This document shows, one piece after another, positions 1-10,176 of a DNA stretch of 64,000 nucleotides (its first letter is position 1; each line of letters begins with the position of its first letter). The notes beneath the pieces are model-generated. The model was not told where the DNA came from and made no database searches. It was given only the letters and a program-made list of their open reading frames with translations. Source of the stretch: Candidatus Poribacteria bacterium (GTDB lineage: Bacteria; Poribacteria; WGA-4E; WGA-3G); assembly GCA_963665235.2 (NCBI GenBank), contig CAXXLX010000001.1, positions 256,001 to 320,000 of the forward strand, given 5' to 3'. Both the position numbers and the translations under genes were made by a program.

Positions 1-951
1 TCCGTGGTCCCCGCAGAATATAGTGACAGTATTTTCAGTGAGCCCGAGAGCATCTAATTGCCCCAGGACGCGTCCAATCTGTGCATCTATGTAACTTGTG
101 GATGCGGCATAAGCGCGAATTAGCTCCAAGGTTTTCGCATCAGAAAGTGGCTCGTTTCCGACAGGTAGGTCTTGAAAGTCTCTGATTGAACTCCAATTGG
201 TAAGTGCGCTAGTAGGGGCATCTTCAGGAGACACAGAAGAACCGGGCAGGTCGAAGTCCGTGGTATCGTATAATTCAAAATATTTCCGGGGTGCCTTCAG
301 GGGGAGATGCGGTTTATAAAAACCGACAGCTAGAAAAAATTGTTGTCGTTTAATCTGTTCCAATACCTGAACAGCTCGTTTTGCTGTTTTTCCATCCCTG
401 AGGGCGTCGTCTTCAACGTCAAGTGCTTCCCAAGAGGGTGTAGTCTGTTTATCAAAAGGTATCCACGTAGGACGCCATGAAGGGCTACTCCATGAGTTTT
501 CATCATCCTGGTGTGCTGGCAGATGGAAGACTCTACCAACAGATTGCGTATAGTAGCCATGTGCTCTAAAATGTTGCGGGAGCGTGACAACGTCAGGCAC
601 AGTCTCCCGAAAATGTGTATTGTTATTTACTACATCTGTGGTTTGCGGTCTCAGTCCAGTTATAAAAGAGGTTCGAGATGGGCTGCAGAGTGGATATTGA
701 CAGTATGCACGGTCGAAGCGCGTGCCCCGTTCTGCTAAACTGTCAATGTTAGGTGTGTGCATCTCCGTATGTCCGTAGCAGCCTAACAGAGGTCGCAGGT
801 CGTCAACCATAATGAACAACACATTATAACGTCCCGCTGTTTTCGCGCTAAGATTAAGATTAGGCAATAAACCTGTCGTGAAAGCGGCTGTTCCTGCTTT
901 CAAAGTCGTTGATAAAAAATCCCGGCGCGTAAAAGAACGTTTTTGAATCAT
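1..951 (-). CDS. Tat-exported sulfatase, iduronate-2-sulfatase/choline-sulfatase-like (3' end outside window)
   Basis: Absent from ORF track. Manual translation from ATG at 951 (GGAGG upstream): MIQKRSFTRRDFLS (twin-Arg) ... NVLFIMVDDLRP ... CSPSRTSFITG (CxPxR formylglycine motif) ... GFYKPHLP. Confidence 0.9.
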   Translation of the reverse strand, partial: MIQKRSFTRRDFLSTTLKAGTAAFTTGLLPNLNLSAKTAGRYNVLFIMVDDLRPLLGCYGHTEMHTPNIDSLAERGTRFDRAYCQYPLCSPSRTSFITGLRPQTTDVVNNNTHFRETVPDVVTLPQHFRAHGYYTQSVGRVFHLPAHQDDENSWSSPSWRPTWIPFDKQTTPSWEALDVEDDALRDGKTAKRAVQVLEQIKRQQFFLAVGFYKPHLPLKAPRKYFELYDTTDFDLPGSSVSPEDAPTSALTNWSSIRDFQDLPVGNEPLSDAKTLELIRAYAASTSYIDAQIGRVLGQLDALGLTENTVTIFCGDHG

Positions 952-1032
952 TAGACCTCCGTTTGCTAATTGCTATTGACTATCCTTCGTGATGAGGAGC
1001 TTACTCCTACCGATACCTCTTTTAATCTACAA

Positions 1033-1188
1033 TAACCCAAGTTGCTACTTATAAGTTTTTAGACTTGGAAACACCGTCTTTAATGAAAATATGCTGAGAA
1101 TTAGCTAATATTTGTCCCGTTCACTTCCAATTTGCACACAAATATGCACAATCTGGAAGATTATGCTACTATGTGGCAACTTAGGTTA
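1033..1188. mobile_element. MITE-like element with 16-bp imperfect terminal inverted repeats
   Basis: TAACCCAAGTTGCTAC (1033) vs GTGGCAACTTAGGTTA (ends 1188); a lone related end GTGGCAACTTAGGT lies at about 6714-6727. Confidence 0.6.
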
Positions 1189-1201
1189 CAATATGCCCCC
1201 A

Positions 1202-2200
1202 TCAATTATACTCTAATTTTGCCATCGTGTCAAAGAAAATTGGCTCGATGCTCCGATGTAAATCAAATGGCGTTCTCGGTGGCACCGGATGTAAGGTCCG
1301 CCGTGCATAATCCAGAAAAGTTTTGTCCAAAGGCAATTCGAGAAAGTCACATAAAGCCAGCAACGTTTCTTCAGGCTTTGAAGTCAACTCCTCAAAACGA
1401 AGTGTATAGATACAATCGGGTAAGTTTTGCCTTAGCTTGAGTCCTTCACGTATTGTCACAACCCATTCAACTGCAGCTCTATCCAAATGCTGGTCAAAAT
1501 TGCTCACATCTTCAACTATGTCTTTAAAACCAGCATCTGTGGTAACAAGCTGCTCAGCTAATAATTTCCACTTACGACTATTCACACCCCACCAGTCATG
1601 TGTCTCATCTTCGACCTGAATGCCGAGCCGTTCTGACCAATTCGCAATTGAACGGCATGTATCCCACCCATTTCGGACGAGAAAAATAAAACGTGCATCC
1701 GGAAATAGGGCCTGTACGAAATCTACCCGAAAGATGAGCTCCGGATATTTATCGACGATGCGGTTTGAACCGGTTGCTGACAAGTATGCCCCGAACAGTT
1801 GTGCAGCGCATCGTCGCATTTCGTCTGTTGCATCGGCAGCGGTGAGCCGGTACTTCGCATCGCTTCGGGTGTAATTCCCAATAATGTCCTCATGTGGGTG
1901 GATGACATGCCACATGGCTTTCGGTTCATTTAGATAGCCGACCTCCTTATGCATGGAAAGCACTATCCCCAGAATTGTTGAGCCGCTTCGCCCTGTTCCT
2001 AGGATGAAGATGGGTTTTTTAACAGGTTTGAATCTCCGCTTACTCCCCGAAATTCTGTTCAACAGAGAGAAAACAAGCGGGTTTATCCACCTGCCTTTTG
2101 TGGTTACAGGGCGCCCTTCAAAGAACGCATAACTCATCAGACGGGTGACCGTTTTCATTGGGCGCGTTCTGATGTAATCAGAACTAAGTTGAGCAATCAT
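1202..2200 (-). CDS. PAPS-dependent sulfotransferase (Sulfotransfer_3-like)
   Basis: PIFILGTGRSGST 5'-PSB loop; FIFLVRNGWDTCRS 3'-PB; RFEEL. Confidence 0.9.
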   Translation of the reverse strand: MIAQLSSDYIRTRPMKTVTRLMSYAFFEGRPVTTKGRWINPLVFSLLNRISGSKRRFKPVKKPIFILGTGRSGSTILGIVLSMHKEVGYLNEPKAMWHVIHPHEDIIGNYTRSDAKYRLTAADATDEMRRCAAQLFGAYLSATGSNRIVDKYPELIFRVDFVQALFPDARFIFLVRNGWDTCRSIANWSERLGIQVEDETHDWWGVNSRKWKLLAEQLVTTDAGFKDIVEDVSNFDQHLDRAAVEWVVTIREGLKLRQNLPDCIYTLRFEELTSKPEETLLALCDFLELPLDKTFLDYARRTLHPVPPRTPFDLHRSIEPIFFDTMAKLEYN

Positions 2201-2221
2201 AATATAGGGGTTGTCTGTTAT

Positions 2222-3286
2222 CTACAAGCGTCTTCTTAACGTTTCACGGATGTTCTTTATTCTATCAAGGTTACAAACAAATGCTCCCACCAATTTTATC
2301 GGAAATGAGAGAACACTCACTGTTAGACGCAAAATATTGGGGCGGATTGAAATGGGAACATAGTTATGCTTTTCCATCAACACCCTATTCAGCTTCTGGT
2401 TTATATAAATCTCAGCGGAACTCAGTTTGCCCCCCCTAGTAGGAAGTTCCTGCTCGCGATTAGAACTGTCTTGCCAGTTGTTTGCCCGATTTGAATTGAT
2501 ACCGAGCTGCTGCGGTTTGTCCGTATTAACAGAAGAGCCTACCTGCGGGACCTTGAGCAGCGAGGCTGAGTATTCGATGCCTACGAAATCACATAAATGA
2601 GACACGGTTTCCTCAGGATAGGTGAGGAGTTTCTCAAAATAAATTGAGATGACCCGTTCATTGTCAACGAATTTATCTGCAGCAGTAATGGCTGTGTGCC
2701 AGATGCGGCTGATAGTAATCGGATGATAGTTAATCCAATCCCGGAACGTTTCTTTTATGGGCATATCGCTCCCGCCTAAAAAGCGCCGTTTCCACTTCCG
2801 TTTTTGGGAGAGCAGTACATCCCGCGGGTCGCGTATCATGTTGATGACCTTTGCCTGCGGGTAAAATCGGAGGATATCCTCAATGTAAAAAACGTTGCGC
2901 GGTGTTTGGTCACACGGAATAGTTTTACCGTTTCGGAATGTCTCATATCGGAGAAACGTTGAAAAGAGCTGAGCCGGCGTTTTGGGATATTCGGGTAATT
3001 CCGCAAGAAAGTTCTCAGCTTCTGCTACAAACCCCTTAAAATTCCCGTGTGTGCGATACCCCTCGCGTTGGATGCAGAGCAGTTTTGCTGCCAATTCAAC
3101 CGTCTGCTGTTCAGACAACGTCCCTATAGGAGCGTGACTCTCTTTTGATGCCGGTGCCCAGAGCTGTCCAAAGAAATGGAGCTCGCCAAATGTGTAGATT
3201 TCGGGGTGTTTTCCCAAAATACGGCCCATCATTGTCGTTCCACTCCGACTGTTACCGACCACAAAAAGCATCTTATCCATAGTCAC
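2222..3286 (-). CDS. PAPS-dependent sulfotransferase (Sulfotransfer_3-like)
   Basis: FVVGNSRSGTT; DQTPRN; MIRDPRDVLLS. Confidence 0.9.
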   Translation of the reverse strand: MTMDKMLFVVGNSRSGTTMMGRILGKHPEIYTFGELHFFGQLWAPASKESHAPIGTLSEQQTVELAAKLLCIQREGYRTHGNFKGFVAEAENFLAELPEYPKTPAQLFSTFLRYETFRNGKTIPCDQTPRNVFYIEDILRFYPQAKVINMIRDPRDVLLSQKRKWKRRFLGGSDMPIKETFRDWINYHPITISRIWHTAITAADKFVDNERVISIYFEKLLTYPEETVSHLCDFVGIEYSASLLKVPQVGSSVNTDKPQQLGINSNRANNWQDSSNREQELPTRGGKLSSAEIYINQKLNRVLMEKHNYVPISIRPNILRLTVSVLSFPIKLVGAFVCNLDRIKNIRETLRRRL

Positions 3287-4854
3287 CTTCTGACCTCAAT
3301 TATCCCGAAACTGTTTTTTGGAATTTGTAGGGTTTCCGCTGTCCCACGCCATTCCTGAAGCTGTACCTCAATTGCACCGGACCCCTCCATCTCTGCATTG
3401 CCGCCATTCGTTGCGGTGAGGCTCTCATTTGCAACGTAACGATAGATAGCCTCGCTTTTGAACCGTTTCCCATCAATGAGAAGTTCGGGGGTTAGCGTGT
3501 CACTGGTCCGATTGCTTATCATAATGAACACCGTATCTGTACCGCCTACAGCTTGAACCTGAATTCCTGAGAATTGTTCTCCTTTATAAGTTAACTGCCC
3601 TTCAAGCATCGGAGAATTTGCTATAGCGGCGGTGAACTGTGTATCTGCTGTAGAAAAAGCTTCACCAATTAATTGAAACGTATAGTAAACGGTGCGACGG
3701 ATTGTTTTTCCGTAATCCGATTCAGGTTCGCCGCCGAATTTCCAAAAGGTGCGCGGCGATGGTGGGGTAATCGGTGAAAATACAGGATACCCTTTTCCAG
3801 GGCCGGTAATCACATGAAAGTTCGCCTGCGTTATGTTCGGTTGCCCCAGCATTTTGAGGAAAAAATCTCCGACGTACATTGCATGGAGTTGTGTATTAGC
3901 AACGCGGTTCGCAGGGTTGGCTATATTCCATTCTGTGACCCACATCTCTTTATTCGGAAACAACTTTTGATAGTATGCCAACGCTTCCTCCATGCTATAG
4001 TGTATCCATCCGAAGAGGTAACCACGCATTGCCTCTATATCTACATCCTTAACCGCTTTGTAAGCATAGACGTGAACGGAGTAAGCGTCGTACCAATCGG
4101 TTGATGCGGGGTCAGAATCTCCTGCAAGCCCTTTATCCCATCGGCGTTGCGCTGTTTTTAATAACCAGCCCTCTTTGTGAAAAGCGACAGGGGTTGCACA
4201 GACAGACACCTTTATATCCGAATCAACGGCTTTCATTGCTTGTGCATGTGCTTTGGCTACCTTCATATAGGTTGAAGCGTTACGGAATTTGTTGAGGTAA
4301 TGCGGCAGATAATACTCGTTTCCAAGTTCCCAATGGCTAATATCGTACTCCTTCTGTTTTGCATAACGGACCCATGCAGCACTTTCCTCCGGCGTGCCGG
4401 TCCACAAATTGACAACAATCACCGGTGTTATTTTTAGCTGATTACACAGTTGCATAAAATCGTCAAAAGCGATTTTGCCCTGCCGCCGCTTCTGAAGTTT
4501 AACGTAATTTCCCTTATTTCGTTTATTAAGTTTTGGATTTAGCGTCGAGTCCATTTCACTTTCAATAAAACCTGCTTTTTGCCAATGATAAAAATTACCG
4601 ACTGTGCCCCCGGGAAATCTTAATGTTTTCGGTTGAAGCCCCTCTGTTAAAGCGACAAAATCTTCATCAAGGTAACCGTAATCACCGCTCATCATGTTTG
4701 TATTGAAGCCGTAGAGCTGTTTACGGAGTGGCATCTTTTTGTGTGTGTCAATCTCTAGACGGAGGGAGCCGGAAATTGGCTCCTGTTTATTATTATCAGA
4801 TATGTGGTGTATCAATAGGATGAGCACACATAGGATGAGGATGCCGTAAAACAA
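3283..4854 (-). CDS. Membrane-anchored clan GH-A glycoside hydrolase (GH51/GH79-like)
   Basis: N-terminal hydrophobic anchor; LRFPGG, WELGNE (acid/base), WVTEWN (nucleophile). Confidence 0.8.
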   Translation of the reverse strand: MFYGILILCVLILLIHHISDNNKQEPISGSLRLEIDTHKKMPLRKQLYGFNTNMMSGDYGYLDEDFVALTEGLQPKTLRFPGGTVGNFYHWQKAGFIESEMDSTLNPKLNKRNKGNYVKLQKRRQGKIAFDDFMQLCNQLKITPVIVVNLWTGTPEESAAWVRYAKQKEYDISHWELGNEYYLPHYLNKFRNASTYMKVAKAHAQAMKAVDSDIKVSVCATPVAFHKEGWLLKTAQRRWDKGLAGDSDPASTDWYDAYSVHVYAYKAVKDVDIEAMRGYLFGWIHYSMEEALAYYQKLFPNKEMWVTEWNIANPANRVANTQLHAMYVGDFFLKMLGQPNITQANFHVITGPGKGYPVFSPITPPSPRTFWKFGGEPESDYGKTIRRTVYYTFQLIGEAFSTADTQFTAAIANSPMLEGQLTYKGEQFSGIQVQAVGGTDTVFIMISNRTSDTLTPELLIDGKRFKSEAIYRYVANESLTATNGGNAEMEGSGAIEVQLQEWRGTAETLQIPKNSFGIIEVRR

Positions 4855-4925
4855 TAGGTAAATAATACTGCGAGATGGTTTTCACTATATTTCATAAACA
4901 TATTCCTGTAGCAGAGCCCCAAGAT

Positions 4926-6275
4926 TCAAAGAGTTATCCTCAGCGGTTTATAGGTCGAAAGTGCGGTGTCACTTGCGAACATCAGTCCGGCACATAGCCA
5001 AAAGTAGAACCCGTAGCCGCGAAATTCAAGCGTGCGATTGAAAAAGAGTAGGAATACAGTCACCGCCACCAAACAGAGCATTACCATTGCAATTTGCTTC
5101 GTGTACCTACTCACCGCGTGTTTGTAGAGCTTCAGTGCTGCTCTAAAGAGTTGGAGGAATATAAGACTGAACAGTGCTAATCCCAAAAGCCCATAAAAAC
5201 AGAGTATAGCAACCCAATAGACATCTTTGAATCCCTTTTTACTTAGCACTTTCAAAAGGAAGGAACGTTTGCTCATATTCAGTTTTTCTATGGTACTGTT
5301 CTGGTCGGCACCATATCCCAGAATTGGTCTGTTCGCCAGCACCGTTGGGACATTTCCGATTAAGGCACCGAGCCGCTGTTTCTGTGCAACGCGTACATAA
5401 GAACCGGAAAATACACCGGTGAGATTCCCAACCAACCCGACCCTTGCTTTGCGCGGGTTAACGTACTGCGTACCGAACGGATTGACTACTGCTAAGAGGA
5501 TGCCGAAGATAAGCGCGCCTGCTAATGATATGTAAAGTGTCTTTTTCCAGCCGTAGTGAAAGTAGAACCAAGCGGCACAAGCAAGAATTGCTGAAAAAGT
5601 CGCCGCGCGTGAGTAGGAACGGGCTATGAACATTAGTAGGACGACTATACCTATTAGATTCAGATACGCAAGACGTTTTATACGCGATAGATAGATGACA
5701 AGGATAAGTATCATAAACACGCCATAGATAACGGTATCCCCCAGGGTGCCGTAGATACTCCCAATTTCTCGACCGAGTTCAAGCAACCGGTACTCTTTGG
5801 TAAATCCGCCAACTTCAAGGGTTGATTCCCGCGGGAGGAAGTAGTCGAACGCACTCGGGCCGCCAACCCACTGAATTAGGCCCATGGTGAGCTGCAGTAT
5901 GCCAATACCTAAAATTAGCCGTAAAAGGAACGTTATACGTCTTTGAGACAGCGGAGAATTTACGACAAGATAGAAAAGGACGACATATCGAGCTAACGGA
6001 CGGACATTGTACAGGCTTCCAATCAGTGGCGAGTTGTTTATCACCATTGAGAGAAACACCACAATGTAAAAACCGATAACAGGTAAATCAATTGCGGTTT
6101 TGACGAAGGGAATACCTCTGTAAAGTTTGTGGATGACCATCTTTACGAATGCTACATAGATGAGGATTTCCCCTAAGAATCTTAAATAAGAGTACACAGT
6201 ATCGCTGACAGGTAGAAGTTTGAGTACAAACTCTTCAAAGGCAACGTATCCTGTGAGAAAATAGATGATACCCAT
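4926..6275 (-). CDS. O-antigen ligase / Wzy-like polysaccharide polymerase
   Basis: Multi-TM protein; SYSRAA, PILGYG and YGLLG segments typical of Wzy_C; glycan-gene context. Confidence 0.75.
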   Translation of the reverse strand: MGIIYFLTGYVAFEEFVLKLLPVSDTVYSYLRFLGEILIYVAFVKMVIHKLYRGIPFVKTAIDLPVIGFYIVVFLSMVINNSPLIGSLYNVRPLARYVVLFYLVVNSPLSQRRITFLLRLILGIGILQLTMGLIQWVGGPSAFDYFLPRESTLEVGGFTKEYRLLELGREIGSIYGTLGDTVIYGVFMILILVIYLSRIKRLAYLNLIGIVVLLMFIARSYSRAATFSAILACAAWFYFHYGWKKTLYISLAGALIFGILLAVVNPFGTQYVNPRKARVGLVGNLTGVFSGSYVRVAQKQRLGALIGNVPTVLANRPILGYGADQNSTIEKLNMSKRSFLLKVLSKKGFKDVYWVAILCFYGLLGLALFSLIFLQLFRAALKLYKHAVSRYTKQIAMVMLCLVAVTVFLLFFNRTLEFRGYGFYFWLCAGLMFASDTALSTYKPLRITL

Positions 6276-6306
6276 TTGACGTGGGCCTCCGCTCCGCCTG
6301 CGCCGT

Positions 6307-6412
6307 ATTGACTGTTGGCTATTGGCTATTGGAAACCTATAGCAAGAGAAGAGAGCTCTTATATTTCTTGCTATTTGCTAATTGCTAACTGCCAACGCGC
6401 TATTTGCTAATT
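6307..6412. repeat. Heptamer-armed palindromic intergenic element (core type 1)
   Basis: TTGGCTA repeats - TAGCAAGAG - CTCTTATATTTCTTGCTA - ATTGCTA repeats; related to 15305-15422. Confidence 0.7.
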
Positions 6413-6426
6413 CTAGTAGATTATGC

Positions 6427-6703
6427 TAACGTGAGCTTGATAATAAATGCCCGTTTTCCCTAACCTCTATAAACATATCGTCCTTGAGGAGCGGGAAACT
6501 GTTTGCCCGAATACTGGGACTAAGAGCCGGGGGCAGAAACCCTCGCTTCTATAAACATATCGTCCCTACGGGACTAAAGAAAATTTTTGGCTCATGTAAA
6601 GAATGAGTGCTAATAAAAAGTTTAACCCCTGTGGCCATTGACTTTATCACAAGCAACCGCACATGCTTTTTACATGAGCGAAATTTTCTTCAAACTCACG
6701 TTA
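6427..6703. mobile_element. MITE-like element containing REP-like repeats
   Basis: TIRs TAACGTGAGCTTGA / TCAAACTCACGTTA; internal direct repeat TCTATAAACATATCGTCC (6466, 6548); internal inverted repeat GCTCATGTAAA / TTTACATGAGC. Confidence 0.65.
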
Positions 6704-6737
6704 TGTTACAAAGGTGGCAACTTAGGTCATCCTATTA

Positions 6738-6770
6738 GTTGCCAGTCACACAAGTTTTCTTCAAAAAAAA
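6738..6770 (-). promoter_or_regulatory. Conserved 33-bp motif upstream of glycan block 1 (copy A)
   Basis: 28/33 identical to 43947-43979, same orientation. Confidence 0.55.
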
Positions 6771-6794
6771 GATGAAGTTTGAAGAAGGTAGGGT

Positions 6795-7685
6795 CTATTG
6801 CAGGGCAAGCCGTTTTTTCTGCTCTTCTAATATTGCCTTTTGACGTTTAACGCGTTCGGGTACCAACCGTTCCCGTGGGCCAGTCGGTTTGAAATCCAAG
6901 CGGTCTTTGCGCAATCCGCGTAAGACAGCTAACTCTACAGGCGAAAAATCGTCCGGTGCGTCGCGATTGAAATTCATCGGCTCCTTAAGTGCAACCGGGG
7001 GGTTCGTGATAAAACGGGCGCGTCCCGACGGGTTTTGGGAAGCAGAATGTAAAATGAACGGATGCAGCAGCACAACATCCCCCGCATTTCCTGTTATCTC
7101 CACAAAGTCTTTGCACTTTCCGACCAACTGACCGAAACCCTCCCCGGGGAGCAATCCCTCTGGATGTGCATATAGATGCTGTGCAACATGCTGCACTGAA
7201 TCACAAGCGACAAAGGTGCCCCCGCTTTTCGGATAGATGTCCGACCAGACGACGATAGTAAGCAATCCCTGCTCTGGACTGTCTAAAAAGTGGCGGAAGA
7301 AATCGCCATCCTTATGCCACCCGCTGCGGAGCGACTCTGGGGGTTGCCAGGCGGTGTCTGCTCCCAGCGCAAAATTAATAATAAACCCATCCCCCCACGA
7401 CGGTGCTGAGTTGGCAAGTCTATCCTCACCGCCAAGCAGGTCACATATAGCCTCCCATGCCCTCGGCGCGATTTCCTGAATTGGCACACGTTTCATGGAG
7501 GGTAAATGGATTCGGGGTACCTCCCAAGTGGTCGGGTCATTGCGGTCATATCCGAGGCGTTTGAAGGCGAAATCGGTCCAATCCTCCGCTAATTTCCTCG
7601 GAAAGCAATTTTTCAGGACAATATGTCCCCTTTCAACGAAATGGGTCACATCCGATTCTGTAAGCACTTTATAGGTTTTTGGCAT
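6795..7685 (-). CDS. Phytanoyl-CoA dioxygenase (PhyH) family Fe(II)/2OG enzyme
   Basis: GWHKDG (HxD) ... GDVVLLHPFILHSAS ... RFITN. Confidence 0.85.
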   Translation of the reverse strand: MPKTYKVLTESDVTHFVERGHIVLKNCFPRKLAEDWTDFAFKRLGYDRNDPTTWEVPRIHLPSMKRVPIQEIAPRAWEAICDLLGGEDRLANSAPSWGDGFIINFALGADTAWQPPESLRSGWHKDGDFFRHFLDSPEQGLLTIVVWSDIYPKSGGTFVACDSVQHVAQHLYAHPEGLLPGEGFGQLVGKCKDFVEITGNAGDVVLLHPFILHSASQNPSGRARFITNPPVALKEPMNFNRDAPDDFSPVELAVLRGLRKDRLDFKPTGPRERLVPERVKRQKAILEEQKKRLALQ

Positions 7686-7696
7686 GTGTCACCTCT

Positions 7697-8902
7697 CTAT
7701 TCCAAGCTCTCTAATAACGTTTCGGCGAGTTTTGTTGCGAACGCGTCATCATTGATGTGGGCATCCATCTCAATTACGGTAACATTGTCCGTGATGTGTG
7801 CCTTTAGGTTTTCACGCCAGGCGTTTCGCGCCTCCGGTGCGTCGAAAGGCTGCCCGGTCTTATCAATTGCAGATACGCCTTGTGTGGGGATAATGACAGT
7901 TGTGGGCCCCTGTGCTGTGTTAAGTTTTTGTGCCATGATTCTGCCCAATTCGGCAGTCTCTTCGGCGGTTGTCCGCATCAGCGTCACGGTGGGATTGTGC
8001 TGATAGAAGTGCCGTTGGCTAAACTGGTCAGGGACGGTGTCCGGGGGGCCGAAATTGACCATATCCAAAGCACCGGGTGCGATGACTTGTGGTAACCCTG
8101 CGTGTCCTGCGGCTTCCAACCGTTCGGGGCCGGCACTGAGAATTCCACCGACTAATTCGTCTGCAAGCTCTGTAGTGGTTACGTCTAGCACGCCTGCAAG
8201 GAATCCGCCCTTGACGAGGTCTTCCATGGCCCGTCCGCCTGTGCCTGTTGCGTGAAAGACGAGTACTTCGTATCCTGCGGCCTCGAGGATTTCGCGTGCC
8301 TTTGTGACGCAAGGGGTTGTCACGCCGAACATCGTCGCGGCGATTAAAGGCTTATCTGTTGTCGCTACAGGCGCGTCCGCGTTGACCATCCCGACGATTG
8401 CACCAGCGGCGTTGGCAAGAATCTGCCGGGACAAGCGGTTGATACCGGCAATATCCACTACGGAATACATCATACAGATGTCTTTTGACTGTACGTAAGG
8501 GCTCGTATCGCCGGAGGCGAGGGTTGAGACCATGAGTTTCGGAACCCCTATGGGCAATGCCTGCATGGCTGTTGTGCCGATAGTCGTTCCGGCGGAGCCG
8601 CCGAGTGAGATGATGGCATCAATTTCGCCTGCGGTGTGTTTCTCCGAAATAAGTTCGGCTGCACCTTGTGCCATGACAGCGACGCTATTCCCTCTGTCGC
8701 CTTCATCGCGCAACGTTTGCAGCGAGGAGCCGCCAGCTTGTGCCACTTCATCGGCAGAAATATCAGGGTCCAACTGCGGTTCACCCAAGATGCCAGTATT
8801 GACAACGCACGTTGCGGTTCCACCTGCTTCTATTTGTGCCTTGATGAACGCAAATTCTACGCCTTTCGTGTCCATCGTTCCAACGATACAAACTCTTTTC
8901 AT
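7697..8902 (-). CDS. Tm-1-like ATP-binding protein (UPF0261)
   Basis: GTMDTKG, GGSAGT, TMFGVTT, FHATGTGG, PGALDMVNF, HNPTVTLMRT; start set at ATG 8902 with GGAGG RBS. Confidence 0.9.
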   Translation of the reverse strand: MKRVCIVGTMDTKGVEFAFIKAQIEAGGTATCVVNTGILGEPQLDPDISADEVAQAGGSSLQTLRDEGDRGNSVAVMAQGAAELISEKHTAGEIDAIISLGGSAGTTIGTTAMQALPIGVPKLMVSTLASGDTSPYVQSKDICMMYSVVDIAGINRLSRQILANAAGAIVGMVNADAPVATTDKPLIAATMFGVTTPCVTKAREILEAAGYEVLVFHATGTGGRAMEDLVKGGFLAGVLDVTTTELADELVGGILSAGPERLEAAGHAGLPQVIAPGALDMVNFGPPDTVPDQFSQRHFYQHNPTVTLMRTTAEETAELGRIMAQKLNTAQGPTTVIIPTQGVSAIDKTGQPFDAPEARNAWRENLKAHITDNVTVIEMDAHINDDAFATKLAETLLESLE

Positions 8903-8922
8903 TGACAGATTCCTCCCTATTT

Positions 8923-10176
8923 TCACCCTGTTAGGACCTGAATTCCGGCTACAGGTAAAACAGCAACTTTTGCCTGGGCAGGAAGTTTTTCGGTCAGGAG
9001 TTGAATTAATTGCGTTAAATCTCGGAAAAGCAGAGAGGAGGGGTATTCCTTGTAAAAGTCATCTACCCCGAAATGCTCGGACCAGACGTGGAGCTGGTTG
9101 CGTCTTCCGATTTGGGGTTTTGGTGGTTCGGTAGGAATTTGCTCGGCTTTCTGCTTAAGATACCGCGGATAATCGAGACGGTCGTATAGCCCGTGGAAAC
9201 ATGAGCCATCGGTTGCGGGATAAAGTGCTATCGTATAAGCATTTTCAAAATAGGAAAAAGCGGCGAGTGCTTTATCAAGTTGAATAGCATCCGCGTCGAG
9301 CGGGTAGCAATTGATTATGACCAGGTCGCTCCCCGTTCGGGTTGTTTCCGATATTTCGGTTCTGTAGGTGTCCATCGCAAAATGCGCGCCTTTGCGATGT
9401 GCTTTTATGAAATCGCCTACGAACAGTCCACAAATTTCACGGCGGCTATTGAGGACAACATTGGCGATAGCGTCAAGCCCGAGGACACCCGCTGCCAGTT
9501 CAATGGTATCGCGCCGGTCGGGTTCATCACTCTCCCCCTCAATGACAGCGGGGCCACGGCCCGGTGGAAAGGTATGGAAATAATACATAGTGGGAAAACC
9601 TGCGGTGCCGGGGACAATCAGTTTTGCCCCGCCACTAAACCCGACTGAGCTGTGTGGATAAATTCCGCCGAGGCAGATTTTGAAGTCTGCATCCGCTACA
9701 ATTCTATTGATATAGACAGGCGTGCCGTTTTCAAGTTTTCCCAAAGCGCGTAGGTCCCCGCTCAGGAAGTTATGATTGGTTACCTGATAGTTCGCCACGA
9801 TATCCGCGCCAACTTTCTTAACCATTTCGTCTTTGGTGATGGGCCGGTGCGCGCCAACGCCGACGACAAACCGGATTTCGGATTTCGGAACCCCGGCTGC
9901 GGTAAGCTCCTGGAGTAGAAACGGAATTACTTTAGATGCGGGGGTAGGCCGGCTCAGATCATCAACAATGATAGCGGCGCTCTTCCTACCTTTTGCAAGT
10001 TCTGATATCGGAGGTGTGCCGATTGGGTTGGCAAACGCGCGTTCAATCTGATTGTCAGAAAGCGCGGGGGCATCCTTTGGTGAAAGCATTTCTACTTCCC
10101 AATTGCTTGGAAAATTGAGAGTCAGTTCTTTGTCCCCGTGCCAAGCCCCAGTGAGGACAGTCGCAGTGTTCTTCAT
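8923..10176 (-). CDS. LarA-family (nickel-pincer) racemase/epimerase
   Basis: DDLSRPT, GAHR, PHSSVGFSGGAK and QLDK motifs of the LarA superfamily. Confidence 0.8.
   Translation of the reverse strand: MKNTATVLTGAWHGDKELTLNFPSNWEVEMLSPKDAPALSDNQIERAFANPIGTPPISELAKGRKSAAIIVDDLSRPTPASKVIPFLLQELTAAGVPKSEIRFVVGVGAHRPITKDEMVKKVGADIVANYQVTNHNFLSGDLRALGKLENGTPVYINRIVADADFKICLGGIYPHSSVGFSGGAKLIVPGTAGFPTMYYFHTFPPGRGPAVIEGESDEPDRRDTIELAAGVLGLDAIANVVLNSRREICGLFVGDFIKAHRKGAHFAMDTYRTEISETTRTGSDLVIINCYPLDADAIQLDKALAAFSYFENAYTIALYPATDGSCFHGLYDRLDYPRYLKQKAEQIPTEPPKPQIGRRNQLHVWSEHFGVDDFYKEYPSSLLFRDLTQLIQLLTEKLPAQAKVAVLPVAGIQVLTG

Noticed and set aside
330-738. Short ORFs 330-590 and 511-738, and similar short overlapping or antisense ORFs throughout the track
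   Set aside because: Shadows of longer genes with clear family motifs (here the sulfatase).
2425-2470. Possible REP remnant inserted in-frame in the sulfotransferase (ATCGCGAGCAGGAACTTCCTAC)
   Set aside because: Only a loose resemblance to REP sequences and no second copy in the window; needs an ortholog alignment.
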